Of a stretch of 64,000 nucleotides of DNA, positions 55,130-64,000 are shown piece after piece; positions within the stretch are counted from its first letter, which is position 1; the number at the start of each line of letters is the position of its first letter. The position numbers and the translations under genes were made by a program. The notes under the pieces are model-generated. The model did no database searches. It had not been told where the DNA came from and saw nothing but the letters and a program-made list of their open reading frames with translations. This stretch comes from Candidatus Eremiobacteria bacterium. GTDB lineage: Bacteria; Vulcanimicrobiota; Vulcanimicrobiia; Vulcanimicrobiales; Vulcanimicrobiaceae. The stretch covers positions 64,001 through 128,000 of the forward strand of contig CAVWUU010000006.1 of assembly GCA_963758295.1 (NCBI GenBank), in the 5' to 3' direction.

Positions 55130-55899
55130 TTGCGCCGATCTCCTCGCGAATGCGAGTCGTAGCCTTCGCGTTCGATGCGGTGCGCAAGATCGGCGCCGCC
55201 CGTCTTGACGATGCGGCCGTCGATCATGATGTGAACGACGTCCGCGTCGATGTGCTGCAGGATGCGCGGATAGTGCGTGATGATCAGAAAGCCGGTGTTG
55301 CGGCCTTCGTCGCTTGCGCGAAGCGCATTCACCGATTCGCCAACGTCTTTGAGCGCGTCGACATCCAGTCCGGAATCTGTTTCGTCGAGAATCGCATACT
55401 TCGGTGCGAGCACCGCCATCTGCAACATCTCGAGGCGCTTTTTTTCGCCGCCCGAGAAACCGTCGTTGAGATAGCGTCCCAAGAACGACGGATCCATCCC
55501 GAGGACGTCCATCTTTTCGAGAAGCAGCTGGCGGAATTTGCCCGGCGTGATTTCGCCCGGCCGCACTGCTTGACGCGCCGCGAACAAGAAAGTTCGGCAA
55601 CCTTCACGCCCGGAATCGCGGCCGGATACTGAAAGGACAAGAAAGAGCCCCGCGCGAGCTCGCTTGTCCGGCAGGTAGATCGAGCAGATTCGTGCCGTCG
55701 AGGGTCGCGGCGCCGCGCGTGACGTCGTATTTCGGATGACCGGTCAAGCGAGAAGGCGAGCGTCGATTTGCCGCTGCCGTTGGGCCCCATAAGGGCGTGA
55801 ACTTTTCCGGGTTCGACGTTTAGGTCGATCCCCTTGAGAATTTCTTTGCCTTCCACGCTGCATCGAAGGTCCTGAATGCGAAGGCCCTTGGTCGCTCAT
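55122..55899 (-). CDS. sufC: Fe-S assembly ATPase SufC (several frameshifts, probably sequencing errors)
   Basis: Fragments KEILKG, MGPNGSGKST, FQYP..IPGV, GFSGGEKKR, LDETDSGLD, IITHY in alternating frames. Confidence 0.88.
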
Positions 55900-55948
55900 A
55901 TCTCTCCAGACTCGCCGAGTGAAATTCGGGTCGGAAACCCGCCCCGGT

Positions 55949-56015
55949 ATAGTACGGCTGCCTCTCATAGAAAGTCAAGGATAAACTTTACTATCTCCGC
56001 GCTCCGTGCTAGGAT
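55949..56015. promoter_or_regulatory. Back-to-back sigma70 promoters for sufC and the SufR-like regulator
   Basis: Minus strand TTGACT-N18-TACTAT (55978-55949); plus strand TTTACT-N17-TAGGAT with TG extension (55987-56015). Confidence 0.6.
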
Positions 56016-56027
56016 AGCGGCGAAGTC

Positions 56028-56661
56028 ATGCAGGTTGACCGCTTTTTTCAGACGACACGAGGCAAAATCGTCGCCGAGCTTCGGCGGCGCCGTTCGGCGT
56101 CTGCCGCCGACTTGGCTGCCGCTCTTCGGACTGTCTCCGAACGCCGTGCGCCAGCAGCTGGTAGTGCTGGAACGCGACGGGTTGGTGGAAGAAAAATCCG
56201 TCCGGCGCGGGCCGACCAAGCCGACGCTCGAATTCTCGCTGACGTCCGAAGCCGACAAGCTCTTCCCGCAGCAGTACGACAAGATGCTTGCCGCCGTGTT
56301 GCGTGAAGTCAAGGAGAAGTACGGCCGCCCGGCCGTCGACAAGATCTTCGATGGCATAGCGCGAACGCGCCGTGGACAAGACGACGCCGGAAAGTGACCG
56401 CGACGGATCCCGAGGGCAAGATCTCCCAGCTTACGGAAGTTTTGCGCGAACAGGGCGTTGTCGGCCGAATACAGTTTGATCGACGGCGGGTTCATGCTGA
56501 CGGAGCATACGTGTCCGTATTCGGGCGTCGTCAAAGAACATCCGGAAGTTTGTTCGGTGATCCATCACGTGCTCGACGAAACCATCGGCGGCGAACACGA
56601 ACAGATCGAATCGCTGGCTGCCGGCGGAAAGAGTTGCAAGTTTGAACTAAAGGGAGTCTAG
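56028..56661 (+). CDS. sufR: SufR-like HTH transcriptional regulator (frameshifted)
   Basis: TRGKIV..L, LSPNAVRQQL..LERDGLV, FPQQY, C-terminal HTCPY...EVC...SC; divergent from sufC. Confidence 0.75.
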
Positions 56662-56668
56662 GTTAGCA

Positions 56669-57164
56669 GTGGATTTTGCGAAGTTCCAGCGGTTGGATCG
56701 AAGATCGCCCCGGATTCGACGATGATGAAGAATCCGACTGCAAGCGGTGAATACTTCAGCGACTCTTGCGGCGACATGTACAACTTCTTCTTGAAGATCG
56801 GCCCCGGTGCGGTCATCGAAGACATCTCGTATTTCACGACCGGCTGCGGATTCGGAACTGCGACTTGCGCTCTCGTGTACGGAACTCGCGCGCGGCAAAA
56901 CCGTGAGCGAAGCTTCCGCGATTTCGACGAATGACATCGAAGCTGCAGCTCGACGGCTATCCGGAGAAGAAGAAAGATTATCCCGAACGCGCGCTGGACG
57001 CGCTGAAAATTGCGATCGACGATTATCACGCGAAAGTGGCGAAGGGTGAAGTTCCCGACTATGCAGCGATGCCGGCACCGGAACGTGCCGTCGTCGTTGA
57101 GGCGGCCGCACCGGCGCCTCCGCCGCGTGACGAAGACGGCAAAGTCCTCATCCGCTTGCATTGA
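56669..57164 (+). CDS. Second, atypical IscU/NifU-N-like protein (frameshifted)
   Basis: SDSCGDMY, SYFTTGCGF..A, ELARGKTV.EA, A...L..AI.DY across frames. Confidence 0.7.
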
Positions 57165-57174
57165 GCACAGTTCC

Positions 57175-57717
57175 TTACCCAGTCAACAACGCGGTACGCC
57201 GGACGACGTACCGCGTTGTTTCTTTTTCCGGAATCGATTCGAAAAGTGCAAGTTCGCAAACACGTATCGTCATCGGCTCCACGTCGAGCATCGGCAGCGC
57301 ACGTGCGCTGCCGCCTTTGACGCGCGCAAGCGTCACGTGCGCGATTGCATCATCGTTAAATGAAAAGCCGAGCGCGAAGCATGCGTCGCGCACCGCCGTA
57401 GCAAGCGTTCTAAACGATACGCCCTGATTGCGAGATCCCACGAAGACCACGCGTGGGCGACGCTCGTTTGGAAACGCCGAAAGCCGGTCGAGGGTGAGAT
57501 CGAACGGCGAAACACGGGACGCCACATCATCGCAGATCGCTTCAACCCGTTCCAACGCCTCTGCGGCGACGTTGCCTAAGAATGCCAGCGTCAGGTGCAA
57601 TTTCTCCGGCGGTTCATATCGTGCCGGGAACGCCGCCGCTTGCAAGCGCTCCTGGACGGCGGCGCAACTTTGAGAAGTTGGTCCATCAAGCGTGATGCCA
57701 AAAAAGAGCCGAGTCAT
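57175..57717 (-). CDS. thpR: RNA 2',3'-cyclic phosphodiesterase (2H family)
   Basis: MTRLFFGI, HLTLAFLG, PRVVF.G, HVTLAR, LFES. Confidence 0.92.
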   Translation of the reverse strand: MTRLFFGITLDGPTSQSCAAVQERLQAAAFPARYEPPEKLHLTLAFLGNVAAEALERVEAICDDVASRVSPFDLTLDRLSAFPNERRPRVVFVGSRNQGVSFRTLATAVRDACFALGFSFNDDAIAHVTLARVKGGSARALPMLDVEPMTIRVCELALFESIPEKETTRYVVRRTALLTG

Positions 57718-57835
57718 AGTATTATTTGAGGTGTAGTTAAGCTCACTGTTGCTTAACGAAAACGGCCGGACTCTTGCTAACCCGCTCGTTGCAAAAGCTC
57801 GAAGTTCGGCTTTCAAAAATCGACTGGAGGCTCCT

Positions 57836-60800
57836 ATGAACCGGACAACGTTCCGGCGCGCCGTACTTGCGGTGGTCCTCCTTGTATCGATGCTATGCCA
57901 GGGAACTTGGGCACTGGCAGGCACCACAGGTGGACTTTCCGGTACAGTAACCGATGCGCAGTCCAACGCGCCGATAGCAGGCGCAAACGTAACGGTCAGC
58001 AGTCCTTCGCAAACTGCAACCGGTACGACAGACTCAACCGGACACTTTGCGTTTCTCTCTCTCGCACCCGACACATATACCATCGCAGTCGAGCACGCCG
58101 GATACGAGCCGATAACCGTACCCGGTAATCCCGTGTTCGCCGATACGGTTCAACGAGTCGGTGTGCGCATGGCAACGCAACTAAAAACGATTGCCACCGT
58201 TCGTTCGCAAGGCGCCGGATCGCTCGTGCGATCGGGCACGACGGCGGACGTGTATGCCGTTAATGCAGCGCAACAGCAAGCCGTTGCAGCCGTCGGTGGC
58301 GGCGGCGGTTTGAATAGCGCTTACTCCGCCATTGCGACCGTTCCCGGCGCCTATGTCGCCGGAAATCAAGGCGGGTACTATCAAACCGTTCACATTCGCG
58401 GCGGCGACTTCGATCAAGTCGGCTACGAATTCGACGGTGTTCCGATCAACCGTTCGTTCGACAATTACCCGTCGGGGGCGGCTTCGTCGCTCGGTCAACA
58501 AGAAGTGCAGGTCTATACGGGTGCTGCACCTTCGAACTCGGAGAGCCAAGGGCTTGCCGGATTCATCAACCAGGTGATCAAGACCGGAACGTCTCCCGGA
58601 TTTGCCGACGGCCAACTGGGGGTAGGCGCTCCCTATTTCTACCATCACGCGTTGGGTGAAGCGGGTGGTGCAACGCCGAACCGGCTCTTCTCGTATTACG
58701 TTGGTCTCGGCGGTTTGAATCAGACCAACACGTACGTGGATTCGACGAATGCTTCGGTATACAACAACTGGCTCGGCATCCCGATCGCGGCGAATCCCGA
58801 CGGTACGTGGCAGCTTGCCGGTTCCGAGTACGGTTTACCGGCGTCGCTTTCCACGCGCGACGTCGTCGCGAATTTCCATATCGGCATTCCGCACCATAAG
58901 GATGGCGGCCGTGACGACATCCAGTTGTTGTACGACGGGGAGTCAATCAACAACGGGTTCTATCAAAGCCCGTTCCAAGCAGTGGGCACCGATACGACGT
59001 CGTCCTTCGGTCAAGCGTTCTATCTCGACGGGTACAATTGGAACTGTCCCGACGGGCAAGTCTTTACGGCCGGAAATCTCCCGGCTTCGTCTTGCTTGTC
59101 GGCGTATCTGTATCCGAATCACACGCAGAACCGCCTAGCGAACGTTCCGGGCACGCCTACGTCGTGTCCAACGATTCCCTGTTCGTTCATTCCGCTCAAT
59201 ACGCGCGACACGTCGTGGAACGACCAGCAGATCGTCAAGGTCCAGTATCAGAAGAACTTCGGTTCTGCTGCATATCTTCGTTTGTACGGTTATACGTACT
59301 ACAGCGACTGGCTTTTGGACGGTCCTACTTCCACTTACGACAACCTGCCCGGAACGGGATACGGCCCGGCTGCTCCCGATTACGAACTGACGTCCCACAC
59401 TCGAGGCGTTTCGCTGAACTTCTCGGACCAGCTGAACCAGCAGAACCTCATTTCGGTGCAAGGTTCGTACACGAGCGCGAAGAGCACCCGCGATAACAAC
59501 ACGCAAATGTTCAATGGTCTACTCGGAAGCTACGTCATGCTGATGGCGGTCAATGCGGCCGATCCCTATAGCGGCTACTGCTACAGCTCGGCCGGCGGCA
59601 CGCCGGTCTCGTGCGCTCCCGGTGGTCCAAGCGCCAACGTAAGCCTGCGGAGTTTCGGCAAATTCGCAGCCGACCCCGGCGCAAATCCGTTGCCGGCCTT
59701 ACCGGCGACCTGCGTCGATCCGAACGTCGCAAGCACTACCTGCGCGTATATGACCACGGAAAATGGTTTGCGCGCGACGTACAATACCGTTACACCGGAA
59801 TTTACCGCCTATTCGTTCACAGACCAATTCCGTCCGAGCGAAAGATGGTTGTTCAACTTCGGCGTGCGGTGGGACAACTACAAGTTCGTCGGCTCCGACG
59901 TCACGCATGGAGCGGCGCGGCAGTTCTGGTACAACGGCTACAATAAATCGACGTGCGTTCAAACGTCTACGGGCGTTCCGTTCGACGTTAACGATCCGGT
60001 CGTGGTAGCTGCCGGCGGCACCGGCGCGGTAGGAACGTGCCCCGCGGGCTTCACGCAAGCCAACCTTTCGAACGATATCGGCCGGCCGGTGGAACAGTTC
60101 ATGATCTTCCAGCCACGCTTGGCTTTTACGTATACGTTGAGCCCCGACACCGTTTTGCGCGGGTCGGTCGGCAAGTATGCGCAGCCGCCAAACTCCGCAT
60201 TCGAACAATACGACATGCTGCAAGACAACATTCCCTACGGACTCTTGGGACCAAACTTCTTGCAGTACGGGCGTACGTCGCCGAGTTTCGCAATCAATCC
60301 GCCGACTTCTACGAACGCGGATCTCTCGCTAGAACACCACTTCCATAACTCCGACGTGTCGGTGAAGCTCACTCCGTTCTATCGTCACACGCAAAATCAG
60401 ATTCAGAACTTTTACCTGAATCAAGCGACGGGGTTCATCTCCGGGTTGAACGTCGGCGCGCAGAGCAGCCGCGGGTTCGAATTGCAAATCCAAAAGGGCG
60501 ACTTCTCGCGCAACGGCTTTGCGGTGTTGACGGCCTTTGCTTACACGTATTCGACGATCAAGTACGGCGCGTTATCCAACGGTACCACAATCATTACGCC
60601 GTTGAATTCCACGATCGCAAACTACAACGCCTACACGAGCGCATGCGCACCGGGCGGAGCGCTCGCGGGCAAATCGCAGTTCGGCCAGTCGCTCTGCGGA
60701 TCGACGGCTTCCGGTGTGGCTGCCGCGCCGTGCTACACGGCAGCGGGAGCGCCCGACGCGGCATGTGGACCCGGTGACTACGGGAATCCGTATTGGAAGG

Positions 60801-61504
60801 CGCCGGGTCAGGGATTGATCGATCCCGGCCAGGCGTTTCCGACGTACGACATCTTCCCCGCCGGCATCGGCTCGTCGGCGTCGGCCTTCGGCGCGCCTTA
60901 CACCAGCACGCTGGTGCTCAACTATAAGCACGACCGCTGGTCGATCACGCCTTCGTTCCAGTTCCAAGGCGGAACGCGCTACGGCGCACCCCTCACGGAA
61001 CCCGGCATCAACCCGGATAGCGCCTGCGGTATCCTTGCTCCCGGAACGAACTCGAACTATCCGTACGGCAACCCGGGACCGAATGCGTATGATGCAAGCG
61101 GATGCACGGCCGGACTAGTGATACCGGATCCGTTTACCAAGACGTTCGACAACCTCGGCTCTTTCGTGCAGCCCAATCAGTTCATGATGAACGCGCAGGT
61201 CTCGTACGACGTTTCGCCACGCGTGACCATTACGGCCGCCTTCGCAAATATCGTCAACCGGTGCTGGGGCGGTACGAAAGCTGCGTGGACGGTGTCGGAT
61301 CCGAACATCTGCAGCTACGGCATCGTGGCAAACGGTCTGATTCCGCCCGCCGGCAACGTCTTCAATCCGGGATCCCCGGCAGCGCTCCAGCCGTTCCGTC
61401 AGTTCCCGTACCAGGGCGCCTTCGGGCCGTTCGACATCAACGGCTTGAACACGACTTCGAAACAACCGTTCAATATGTACTTCGAGGCACGGGTCAAGAT
61501 CTGA
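57836..61504 (+). CDS. TonB-dependent receptor-like outer-membrane protein with N-terminal carboxypeptidase-regulatory-like domain
   Basis: Signal peptide; G.LSGTVTD...APIAGANV; plug IRGG...YEFDGVP, G.INQV.K.G; barrel strands GVRWD, QPRLAFTY; C-terminal YFEARVKI; GGAGG RBS. Confidence 0.9.
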   Translation: MNRTTFRRAVLAVVLLVSMLCQGTWALAGTTGGLSGTVTDAQSNAPIAGANVTVSSPSQTATGTTDSTGHFAFLSLAPDTYTIAVEHAGYEPITVPGNPVFADTVQRVGVRMATQLKTIATVRSQGAGSLVRSGTTADVYAVNAAQQQAVAAVGGGGGLNSAYSAIATVPGAYVAGNQGGYYQTVHIRGGDFDQVGYEFDGVPINRSFDNYPSGAASSLGQQEVQVYTGAAPSNSESQGLAGFINQVIKTGTSPGFADGQLGVGAPYFYHHALGEAGGATPNRLFSYYVGLGGLNQTNTYVDSTNASVYNNWLGIPIAANPDGTWQLAGSEYGLPASLSTRDVVANFHIGIPHHKDGGRDDIQLLYDGESINNGFYQSPFQAVGTDTTSSFGQAFYLDGYNWNCPDGQVFTAGNLPASSCLSAYLYPNHTQNRLANVPGTPTSCPTIPCSFIPLNTRDTSWNDQQIVKVQYQKNFGSAAYLRLYGYTYYSDWLLDGPTSTYDNLPGTGYGPAAPDYELTSHTRGVSLNFSDQLNQQNLISVQGSYTSAKSTRDNNTQMFNGLLGSYVMLMAVNAADPYSGYCYSSAGGTPVSCAPGGPSANVSLRSFGKFAADPGANPLPALPATCVDPNVASTTCAYMTTENGLRATYNTVTPEFTAYSFTDQFRPSERWLFNFGVRWDNYKFVGSDVTHGAARQFWYNGYNKSTCVQTSTGVPFDVNDPVVVAAGGTGAVGTCPAGFTQANLSNDIGRPVEQFMIFQPRLAFTYTLSPDTVLRGSVGKYAQPPNSAFEQYDMLQDNIPYGLLGPNFLQYGRTSPSFAINPPTSTNADLSLEHHFHNSDVSVKLTPFYRHTQNQIQNFYLNQATGFISGLNVGAQSSRGFELQIQKGDFSRNGFAVLTAFAYTYSTIKYGALSNGTTIITPLNSTIANYNAYTSACAPGGALAGKSQFGQSLCGSTASGVAAAPCYTAAGAPDAACGPGDYGNPYWKAPGQGLIDPGQAFPTYDIFPAGIGSSASAFGAPYTSTLVLNYKHDRWSITPSFQFQGGTRYGAPLTEPGINPDSACGILAPGTNSNYPYGNPGPNAYDASGCTAGLVIPDPFTKTFDNLGSFVQPNQFMMNAQVSYDVSPRVTITAAFANIVNRCWGGTKAAWTVSDPNICSYGIVANGLIPPAGNVFNPGSPAALQPFRQFPYQGAFGPFDINGLNTTSKQPFNMYFEARVKI

Positions 61505-61526
61505 CATTCGCTCCTCTACGAACGCA

Positions 61527-61560
61527 AAAGGCTCCCGCTCCGGCGGGGGCCTTTGGTTTT
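61527..61560 (+). terminator. Intrinsic terminator
   Basis: aaaggctcccgc-tccg-gcgggggccttt-ggtttt. Confidence 0.8.
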
Positions 61561-61747
61561 GCGCGCCTGTGACGCTGCTAATCCTATTCTAATTTTTCAT
61601 GTTGTTTATCAAAAATAGTACTGGGGGCGACCAAAGTGCTAGGGCAAGGGTGCCCTTATGCACAAGTTAACAATCCGTCAGAGCGCCTGCTCGGGTTTCT
61701 ATGCCCACAGGCATGCTGACGTATGTCATTCTCTTTCGGAGGTTTGC

Positions 61748-64000
61748 ATGATCCGGACAACGTTCCGGCGTGCCGCTCTCGCGACAATCGTTCTCGTCTC
61801 AATGCTTTGCCAGGGAACATGGGCACTGGCAGGCACGACGGGCGGTCTTGCGGGCGTGGTCGTCGACGCTCAGTCTAATGCGCCGATCGCCGGCGCTACA
61901 GTGACGGCAAATAGCCCGTCACAAACGGCTAGTACCAGAACGGATGCATCCGGCCGTTTCACTTTCGTATCTCTTGCTCCCGACGCGTATACCGTGGCCG
62001 TGGAGCATGCAGGATACGAACCGGTGAGTTCGCCGGGTAATGCCGTCTTCGCGGATACGACCCAAACGGTCACGATCCGCATGGCGACACAACTCAAGAC
62101 CATTGCCACCGTGCGTACGCAGGGCACAGGTTCGCTCGTGCGTTCCGGTACGACGGCCGACGTTTACGCCATCAACGCTGCAACGCAGCAGGCGGTCTCG
62201 GCGGTCGGCGGCGGCGGCGGCTTGAACAGCGCCTACTCCGCAATCGCCACCGTTCCCGGCGCATATGTTGCCGGTAACCAAGGCGGTTACTATCAAACCG
62301 TCCACATTCGCGGCGGCGACTTCGACCAAGTCGGCTACGAATTTGACGGCGTTCCGATCAACCGTTCGTTCGACAATTATCCGTCGGGCGCGGCTTCGTC
62401 GCTCGGACAGCAAGAAGTCCAAGTCTACACGGGCGCGGCTCCCTCGAATTCCGAGAGCCAAGGCCTCGCGGGCTTCATCAACCAGGTCATTAAGACCGGT
62501 ACGTCGCCGGGCTACGGCGACGGACAAGTCGGCGTCGGTGCGCCGGTGTTCTACCATCACCTGATGGCCGAAGCGGGCGGCGCAACGCCGAACCGTTTGT
62601 TCTCATACTACGTCGGCCTGGGCGGTTATAACCAAGACTCGCGTTACGTAGATTCGACCAACGGATCGACGTATCGCGATTGGCTCGGCGTTCCGATCGC
62701 GCTCAACGGCGACGGAAGCTGGCAGCTCGCAGGCGCGGAGTACGGCTTGCCCGCGACCATCTCGGTTCGCGACACGGTCGTCAACCTGCACTTCGGCATC
62801 CCCCATCATAAAGATGGCGGACGCGACGACATCCAGCTCCTCTACGATGGAGAGTCCATCAACAACGGCTTCTTCGAAAGCCAGCAGGATGCGACCGGTA
62901 CCGATTACACCACCGGCTTCGGCCAGGCGTACTGGCTCGACGGTTACAACTGGAACTGCGGAAGCGGTCAACTCTACACGACTGATGCGGCAGCTCAAGC
63001 TCGGCATCGTGTTTGAGCGCGTACCTCTATCCGAATGGTCCGCAAAACCGTCTCGCAAACGTTCCCGGAACCGCAACGTCTTGCCCCGGCGGCGATCAGT
63101 CAACCTGTGCGCCGTTTCTTCCGCAGAACCAGCGCGATACGTCGTGGAACGATCAGCAGATCGTCAAGCTGCAGTACCAGAAGAACTTCGGCTCTTCGGC
63201 ATACCTGCGTCTGTACGGCTATACGTACTACAGCGACTGGCTCATGAACGGACCGGTCTCGACGTACGATAACGTTACCACCCCGGGAACCGGCTACGGT
63301 TTGACCGCGCCGGACTACGAACTCACCGGCCATACGCGCGGTGTTTCGGCGAACTTCTCGGATCAGATCAATCAGCAGAACCTGATCTCGCTCCAAGGCT
63401 CGTACACCACGTCGACGTCGACGCGCGACAACAACACGCAGATGTTCAACGGCCTCTTGTCCAGCTACGTGCAGTTGATCGCCGTGAACGCAGCGGATCC
63501 GTATAGCGGCTACTGTTACGGTGCCGCCGGCGGCGCAGCCCGTTTCGTGCGCGCCCGGACACGGCCACCCGGCCGATCAGGTGTCGCTCGCGGCACTCGG
63601 CGGCGGCGCCGTGCCGACGCTTCCCACGGGGATGCGTCGATCCCAACGTCGCGAGCACGCAGTGCGCGTTTCTCTCGGCTGAAAACGGCCTGCGCGCGAC
63701 GTACAACGTCGTGAAGCCGGAATTCACGGCGTACTCGTTGACGGATCAATTCCGCCCGAACGACAAATTGCTGTTGAACTTCGGCGTGCGCTGGGACAAC
63801 TACAAGTTCACGGGTACCAACCTGGATGGCGGACCGGCTCGCCAGTTCTGGTACAACGCGTACAACTTGTCAACGTGCATAGGGCCCGACCGGAGCACCG
63901 GTCGATATCACGTCGGTCGGCTCGACCGGCATTGCGCCGGGCACGTGCGCTGCAAACGGCCTCACGCAAGCCCATCTGACGAACGACGTCGGAAACCCCA
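61748..64000 (+). CDS. Second TonB-dependent receptor, tandem paralog (partial; frameshifts after about 63000)
   Basis: Near-identical N-terminus and plug to 57836..61504; homology continues across frame changes to the window end. Confidence 0.88.

Noticed and set aside
54800..57000. Programmed frameshifting in suf genes
   Set aside because: Too many events, no consistent slippery sites, both strands affected; artefact more likely
1..64000. Mobile elements, prophage, rRNA/tRNA and defence systems
   Set aside because: No transposase, integrase, phage structural gene, structural RNA or recognisable defence gene seen

Overview
GC-rich bacterial chromosomal segment from a diderm with about 55 genes. 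I found no rRNA, tRNA, CRISPR array or mobile element. The Cys-rich TonB-dependent receptors, secreted TonB-C proteins and large lipoproteins suggest Ca. Eremiobacterota/Vulcanimicrobiota (inference, not verified). In order: queD-queE-mqnB; DUF4438; a trans-sulfuration enzyme; an ArsR/SRPBCC pair; a branched-chain 2-oxoacid dehydrogenase cluster with two tandem E1-alpha genes; two paralogous large lipoproteins; three signal-peptide TonB-C proteins; ltaE; ETF-QO; thiOSG plus rhodanese; K+ channel-bcp; OppA; EF-G2; an RsbRST stressosome operon; actP; a SUF cluster lacking sufB; thpR; and two tandem TonB-dependent receptors. The most interesting element is a minus-strand operon at 36.0-40.1 kb. 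An ECF sigma factor overlaps a gene fusing a zinc anti-sigma (ZAS) domain to an intact O6-alkylguanine methyltransferase, a candidate Ada-independent alkylation-sensing switch. It is followed by a pyroglutamyl peptidase lacking its catalytic Cys and a degenerate PHP domain with a histone-H1-like tail. Frameshifts cluster at 54.8-57 kb and beyond 63 kb and are probably sequencing errors.
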